The notes beneath the pieces were generated by a model, which was not told the DNA's origin, did no database searches, and saw only the letters and a program-made list of their open reading frames with translations. This document shows, in pieces, positions 58,922-64,000 of a DNA stretch of 64,000 nucleotides. The stretch's first letter is position 1; every line of letters begins with the position of its first letter. This DNA is from Candidatus Poribacteria bacterium (GTDB lineage: Bacteria; Poribacteria; WGA-4E; PCPOR2b). Where the stretch lies: the NCBI GenBank assembly GCA_965208675.1, contig OZ242351.1, forward strand, positions 1,152,001-1,216,000, given 5' to 3'. A program made the translations under genes and the position numbers.

Positions 58922-60814
58922 ATGAGAATAACCCAAATTTTCAAGACCTTGCTCTTGTCTACTTCTCTTTTTCTGCTGCTGAATGGATGCGGAAAAACTG
59001 TCAAAATTCAACCTCCCCCTGAATACAACAATTGGAATCTGCCGCATGGCGCCGCAATGCGGCTCGGAAAGGGTGAAGTCAACGACATCGCTTATGCACC
59101 AGATGGCACTAAGCTCGCCGTGGCGAGTAGTATCGGGGTGTGGCTTTATGATGCCCGCGACGGTACGGAAATCGCCTTGATTACGGCGCATACAGAAGGT
59201 GCGAGCGCGGTGGCGTTTTCCCCGGACGGTAGTACCCTCGCCAGTGGAAGTTCGAGCGATATCATCACCGGAGGTGAGGAAGGTTCCATTTGGCTGTGGG
59301 AAACCGCCACGGGACGGCACAAACAGACGCTTCAAGGGCATGATCGCCTTGTTAATTCGTTAGTGTTCTCACCTAACGGAAAAACTCTTGCCAGTGCAAG
59401 TCAGGACGATACGGTACGGCTCTGGGACGTCGCTACCGGGTACAGCCTCCGCACCCTTGAGGGGCATACGAGTGAAGTGAATTCCGTCGCGTTCTCGCCG
59501 GACGGAGCCACGCTTGCGAGCGGCAGCCGAGACAATACTGCACGGTTGTGGGAGGTCGCCACGGGTCGCCCCATCAAAACCCTTGAAGGACATGAGAAAT
59601 CTGTCAATTCAGTGTCATTTTCACCTGATGGACATATCCTCACTTGTGCAAGCGAGACTGTCTGGATGTGGGATGTTGCAGCAATGGAACCGAAATGGAC
59701 CCTAGAGGTCGGTCCGCACGTGTGGGAGGTAGATGACGTGGCGTATTCCCCGGACGGCATCACGGTCGCCAGCATCTGCTCGGGAAATATTCAGTTGTGG
59801 GACGCCACGACCGGCGGGCTAAAGCGCACACTTCCAAGGACCGGCTGGATTCAGTCCCTCGCGTTTTCCCCTGACAGCGGCACCCTCGCGGCTGCAAGTC
59901 CGTACGACGGAATTTACATTTGGGATTTGGAAACCACGCAGCTCAAAGCCACGCTTGAGGGACACATAGCTAGTGTCGAGTCCTTTGCTTTCTCCCCGGA
60001 TGGAGAAAGTCTTGCAAGCGGCGGTACGACGTTCAATCTGTGGAATGTCAGCACGGGCCGCCCAAAACTCATTTTTGATGACAAAAACATGGAACATCCC
60101 GTGGCGTTTTCTCCCGACGGTAGCAGCCTCGTCACCGGAATTAGGTATAACGCACTTAGGTTATGGGATGCCTCCACCGGTCAACGAATTCAAGTTTTTG
60201 AGGGACATAGTCAGTACCTAAACGCTGTCGCATTCTCCCCTAACGGTTCTCTTCTCGCTAGCGGCGGCAGCGACAATACCGTTCGGTGTTGGGACGTTTC
60301 AAGCGGTCAACTGAAATATGTCCTTGATGCCCACACGGGCGCTGTTGAGTCCGTAGAATTTTCACCAAATGGACGTACCCTCGCCAGTGCGAGTAGAGAC
60401 AAAACCGTACGGTTGTGGGACGCTGCTACGGGTGAAGCCAAGGCATCCCTTGACGGACATGGTTCCGGAGTCGATGCTATCGCATTTTCGCCTGATGGTC
60501 GGATTCTTGCCAGCGGGAGTTGGAACGGGATTCGATTGTGGGATGCCGATACGGGCAAGTTCCTGCGTAAACTAGCTGGCGATCCCGGTGGTGTCGAGTC
60601 AATTTCGTTCTCTCCAGATGGGAACTTCTTAGCAAGCGGAAACCGGAATCACACAATTTGGTCATGGGACGTAGCCACAGGCAGACATTTGCGCATTCTA
60701 TCAGGGCATATGGACAGTGTCGAACACCTGTCGTTCTCTCCGGACGGTTCCGTCCTCGCTAGCGGGAGTCGGGACGGCACCATTCTGCTCTGGGCGTCGT
60801 TCTTACCGCACTGA
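58922..60814 (+). CDS. WD40-repeat lipoprotein
   Basis: Lipobox LLNGC; about 14 GH...FSPDG...WD repeats; start reassigned to 58922. Confidence 0.92.
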   Translation: MRITQIFKTLLLSTSLFLLLNGCGKTVKIQPPPEYNNWNLPHGAAMRLGKGEVNDIAYAPDGTKLAVASSIGVWLYDARDGTEIALITAHTEGASAVAFSPDGSTLASGSSSDIITGGEEGSIWLWETATGRHKQTLQGHDRLVNSLVFSPNGKTLASASQDDTVRLWDVATGYSLRTLEGHTSEVNSVAFSPDGATLASGSRDNTARLWEVATGRPIKTLEGHEKSVNSVSFSPDGHILTCASETVWMWDVAAMEPKWTLEVGPHVWEVDDVAYSPDGITVASICSGNIQLWDATTGGLKRTLPRTGWIQSLAFSPDSGTLAAASPYDGIYIWDLETTQLKATLEGHIASVESFAFSPDGESLASGGTTFNLWNVSTGRPKLIFDDKNMEHPVAFSPDGSSLVTGIRYNALRLWDASTGQRIQVFEGHSQYLNAVAFSPNGSLLASGGSDNTVRCWDVSSGQLKYVLDAHTGAVESVEFSPNGRTLASASRDKTVRLWDAATGEAKASLDGHGSGVDAIAFSPDGRILASGSWNGIRLWDADTGKFLRKLAGDPGGVESISFSPDGNFLASGNRNHTIWSWDVATGRHLRILSGHMDSVEHLSFSPDGSVLASGSRDGTILLWASFLPH

Positions 60815-60940
60815 CAATGCGGGTACGCGGGCAGTTTTAATGGCGGGAGACATTGGTGTTGAGTCGCGAGTATTGACCGAACACCCGAAGATTTAGAAAG
60901 TCGAATCGTCCACTGTAAAATCAAAAAGGAGTACCCACCG

Positions 60941-62857
60941 ATGAAAAGATCGCTAGAATTTAAATTCGCACTCGCGCTTCTCTGTTTCCTTTTCATCCTG
61001 AATAGCTGCGGCAAAACCGACAGAATACATCCAATTGAAGAATTAAACCGTTGGCGCCTGCCCAAAAATGTCAAGTACCGTCTCGGGAAAGGTAGCGTAC
61101 AGGATATCGCGTATTCACCGGATGGCTCTCAACTTGCCGTGGCGAGCAGTATCGGGATTTGGCTCTATGACGCGAAAACAGGCGAGGAAACTGCTCTGCA
61201 TACACCGAGTAGGGGCGGTGCCCGCTCTGTCACCTTCTCTACACGTGGTCAATTCCTCGCTGTTGGAACTGACGTGGATATTTTCAGCATGAGCGGCGAA
61301 AGCAAGGTTCAGTTGTGGGATCCAAATACAGGTCAACTCAAGCTAACGCTTAAAGGACATGGATATCAGGTCAACGCTGTGACATTCTCTCCAGACGGAA
61401 GAACACTTGCCAGTGGCGGTCAGGACGAGACAATTCGGTTGTGGGATGTTCCAACTGGTCAACTCAAAATAACGTTCCATAAATCTGAAAGCGGCGTCAA
61501 CTCATTAGCATACTCACCTAATGGTGAGACCATTGCAAGCGGCGGTGATGACTATTCTGTTCGGTTGTGGGACACAAACACCGGAAAACTAAAGGCGGTG
61601 CTTGACGGACACACGAGTGCGATTACCTCCATCAAGTTTTCTCCAAATGGCAACACGGTTGCTAGTACATGCCGAGACGAGACAATTCGGTTGTGGGATG
61701 CTAATTCCGGGAAACTCATTCACAATCTAAAAGGGCATACCGCTGGAGTTGAATGCCTAGCCTATTCACCAGATGGAAGTACCCTCGCAACTGGGAGCAT
61801 GGACCATAGCATCCGACTCTGGGATCCGAAAACGGGAAAACCCACGCGGACACTGGAGAAAACCGGTTGGGTCAAGTCAATCGCGTACGCACCGGATGGG
61901 AGTGCGGTCGCGGGTGTCGTAAATGACAATGCTATCCGAGTGTGGGATGCTAATACAGGGGAATTGAGATTGTCCATTGATGGGCATTCACGTGAAGTAA
62001 ACTCGGTGGCATTCTCTCCAGATGGGACGGTTTTAGCGAGCGGCGAAAATACTATTCGGTTTTGGGATGTTGCCTCTGGACAGGCCATTCAGACTGACGT
62101 AAAACGCAGATCTGCCAAGTGTATTGCTTATTCCACCGATGGTCGTACCGTTGCCAGCGGCGGTTGGGACAAGAAGGTCAGGCTGTGGGACACCAACACC
62201 GGGCAAGAGAAACTGGTCCTTGAGGGACATTCGGAACTGGTCAATGCTGTCGCGTATTCACCGGATAGCGAAATTCTCGCCAGTGGGAGTCAGGACAAGA
62301 CTATTCGCTTGTGGGACGCTAGCACCGGGGAACTCAAGTTGATACTTGAAGGGCATTCGGAAGAGGTCATTGCAATCGAGTTGTCACCGAGTGGCAGCAC
62401 GCTTGCTAGTGCGAGTGTGGACAAGACGGTTCGGTTTTGGGATACTGCTACCGGTCAACATTTGCTAACCTTGGAGGGACATACGGGAGGCGTTGAATCC
62501 GTTGCGTTCGCGCCGGATGGAAAGACCCTTGCTAGCGGTAGTCGAGACCATTCAATTCGGTTATGGAACGCTGAAACGGGCGAACACCAACGGACCCTCT
62601 CTTTAGAAGACAGCTTTGCGTGGTTCGATTCAATAGCGTTTACGCCGGACGGTCGCGCCCTCGCGAGTGGAAGTTCGGACAGCTTAGTTCGATTGTGGGA
62701 TGTCCAGAGCGGACATCTATACCAGACGCTTGAAGGACATGTGTTTGGCGTCGACTCTATCGCGTTTTCGCCGAACGGCAAGACGCTCGCCAGCGGAAGT
62801 CAGGATGGAACAATCTTGCTTTGGACGGTAGAACCGCCACCGGCTTCGCTGCGCTAA
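60941..62857 (+). CDS. WD40-repeat lipoprotein
   Basis: Lipobox ILNSC; about 14 WD40 repeats. Confidence 0.92.
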   Translation: MKRSLEFKFALALLCFLFILNSCGKTDRIHPIEELNRWRLPKNVKYRLGKGSVQDIAYSPDGSQLAVASSIGIWLYDAKTGEETALHTPSRGGARSVTFSTRGQFLAVGTDVDIFSMSGESKVQLWDPNTGQLKLTLKGHGYQVNAVTFSPDGRTLASGGQDETIRLWDVPTGQLKITFHKSESGVNSLAYSPNGETIASGGDDYSVRLWDTNTGKLKAVLDGHTSAITSIKFSPNGNTVASTCRDETIRLWDANSGKLIHNLKGHTAGVECLAYSPDGSTLATGSMDHSIRLWDPKTGKPTRTLEKTGWVKSIAYAPDGSAVAGVVNDNAIRVWDANTGELRLSIDGHSREVNSVAFSPDGTVLASGENTIRFWDVASGQAIQTDVKRRSAKCIAYSTDGRTVASGGWDKKVRLWDTNTGQEKLVLEGHSELVNAVAYSPDSEILASGSQDKTIRLWDASTGELKLILEGHSEEVIAIELSPSGSTLASASVDKTVRFWDTATGQHLLTLEGHTGGVESVAFAPDGKTLASGSRDHSIRLWNAETGEHQRTLSLEDSFAWFDSIAFTPDGRALASGSSDSLVRLWDVQSGHLYQTLEGHVFGVDSIAFSPNGKTLASGSQDGTILLWTVEPPPASLR

Positions 62858-62972
62858 ACTTTGAAATCATCACTAAATAAACCATCGCACCTTGTAGATT
62901 TTGGGCGCACCCGCCCTGAAATCCCAAGTATCAATAAAGGCGCCATTCCATCAGAATAGAGGAAAGTGTAAA

Positions 62973-64000
62973 ATGTATAGAAGGCTGTTTTTCAGCATTT
63001 GGCTCTGGTGTGTGGCTCCGCAGTTTCTACCCGCCGTAATTGCGCAAGACTACAATCAATGGCACTTACCCGAAGGCGCCATAATGCGTCTCGGAAAAGG
63101 TACCACCTACGATATTGCCTATTCACCGGATGGTAATCGAATTGCCGTAGCAAGCGGTATAGGCGTCTGGCTCTATGATGCCCATACTGGCGCGGAATTT
63201 TCCTTGCTCAAATCACACCCAGTGGGCGTTAGGTCTATAGCGTTCTCGCCGGACGGCAATATCCTCGCTGGAGGCAGCGCAGACAACATTTCCAGCGATA
63301 GTTTGGAAAGCGCGGTTTGGTTATGGGATGTTGATTCAAGGGAACTAAAACATACGCTTGTGGGACATTGGTGGAGTGTCAACTCTGTAGCATTCTCGCC
63401 GGATGGCAAAACCCTCGCCAGCGCCGCTTGGGAAGAGATTCGGCTGTGGGACACCGAATCTGGGAAACACAAGCGGACATTTGAAGGGCATAAACGCACA
63501 GTCTACTCTATAGCTTTCTCTCCAGATGGAAACACCCTCGCCAGCGCTGGAGCAGACAACAAGATTCGGCTGTGGGATATCGGATCGGGTGAACACAAGC
63601 GCACACTGAAAGGGCACACGGGTACGGTCAATTCCGTCGCCTTTTCGCCGGACGGTAAAACCCTTGCCAGTGGTAGTGAGGACCAAACCATTAGGATATG
63701 GGACGCAAAAACCGGGAAACGCAAAAAGACTCTGCGAAAGAACATTCGGAATTTCAACCAATTGTGGGAGGACGTAAAACTTTCCCTAAAGGGGCTTAAG
63801 ATTGGCGTAAAGTCCGTAGCATATTCGCCAGATGGGAGCACCCTCGCCAGCGCGGGAATGACAATTCGGCTGTGGAATGCCGCCACAGGAGAACTAAAGC
63901 AGAAATTTGAGAAGACAGGGTGGGTCGATGTCATTGTCTATTCGCCGGACGGCGCCACACTCACCAGTGGGAGTGATTACAGGCCAGTTCATCTTTGGGA
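62973..64000 (+). CDS. Secreted WD40-repeat protein (truncated by the window end)
   Basis: Not in the ORF track. MYRRLFFSIWLWCVAPQFLPAVIAQDYNQWHLPEGAIMRLGKG followed by WD40 repeats. Confidence 0.9.
   Translation, partial: MYRRLFFSIWLWCVAPQFLPAVIAQDYNQWHLPEGAIMRLGKGTTYDIAYSPDGNRIAVASGIGVWLYDAHTGAEFSLLKSHPVGVRSIAFSPDGNILAGGSADNISSDSLESAVWLWDVDSRELKHTLVGHWWSVNSVAFSPDGKTLASAAWEEIRLWDTESGKHKRTFEGHKRTVYSIAFSPDGNTLASAGADNKIRLWDIGSGEHKRTLKGHTGTVNSVAFSPDGKTLASGSEDQTIRIWDAKTGKRKKTLRKNIRNFNQLWEDVKLSLKGLKIGVKSVAYSPDGSTLASAGMTIRLWNAATGELKQKFEKTGWVDVIVYSPDGATLTSGSDYRPVHLW

Noticed and set aside
2298-63934. Numerous short ORFs overlapping or antisense to called genes
   Set aside because: They are shadow frames of well-supported CDSs and lack motifs
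58922-64000. Diversity-generating retroelement target
   Set aside because: No reverse transcriptase, and no template/variable repeat pair with adenine-specific differences was seen

Overview
Bacterial chromosomal window from a diderm organism. The WD40-propeller expansions with a WxLP..RLGKG N-terminus, PhyH dioxygenases and GH116 suggest Candidatus Poribacteria or similar (inference). 1-24.6 kb is a minus-strand envelope/housekeeping run: two UbiA prenyltransferases (one DGGGP-synthase-like), a polysaccharide deacetylase, lpxD, skp, bamA, ilvE, lolD, lolC/E, lysS, frameshifted prfB, lnt, and a partial dcw cluster containing a hydrolase-membrane MurF-Ddl trio. 24.8-38.5 kb holds metabolic and regulatory genes: SDR, multiheme cytochrome-TPR, Gfo/Idh/MocA, PhyH, GH116, STAS, ECF sigma, histidine kinase, cysC, rpsU and GT9. 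38.6-40.0 kb is a 4.1 x 346-bp tandem array of GTAG-type REP doublets whose arms enclose unrelated 74-75-nt inserts. 41.5-56.7 kb is a defence island. A type I R-M system (hsdM...hsdS...hsdR) is interleaved with repeat-bounded cargo: a triple-HTH gene with phased TGTGACA boxes, an ABC ATPase/DUF4276-like fusion/PIN operon, a PD-(D/E)xK protein, and several TA modules whose toxins have decayed. 56.7-64 kb holds PhyH, a TPR protein and three tandem exported WD40 proteins. No rRNA, tRNA, CRISPR array or transposase was recognised. All family assignments come from motifs read by eye; no database searches were run.
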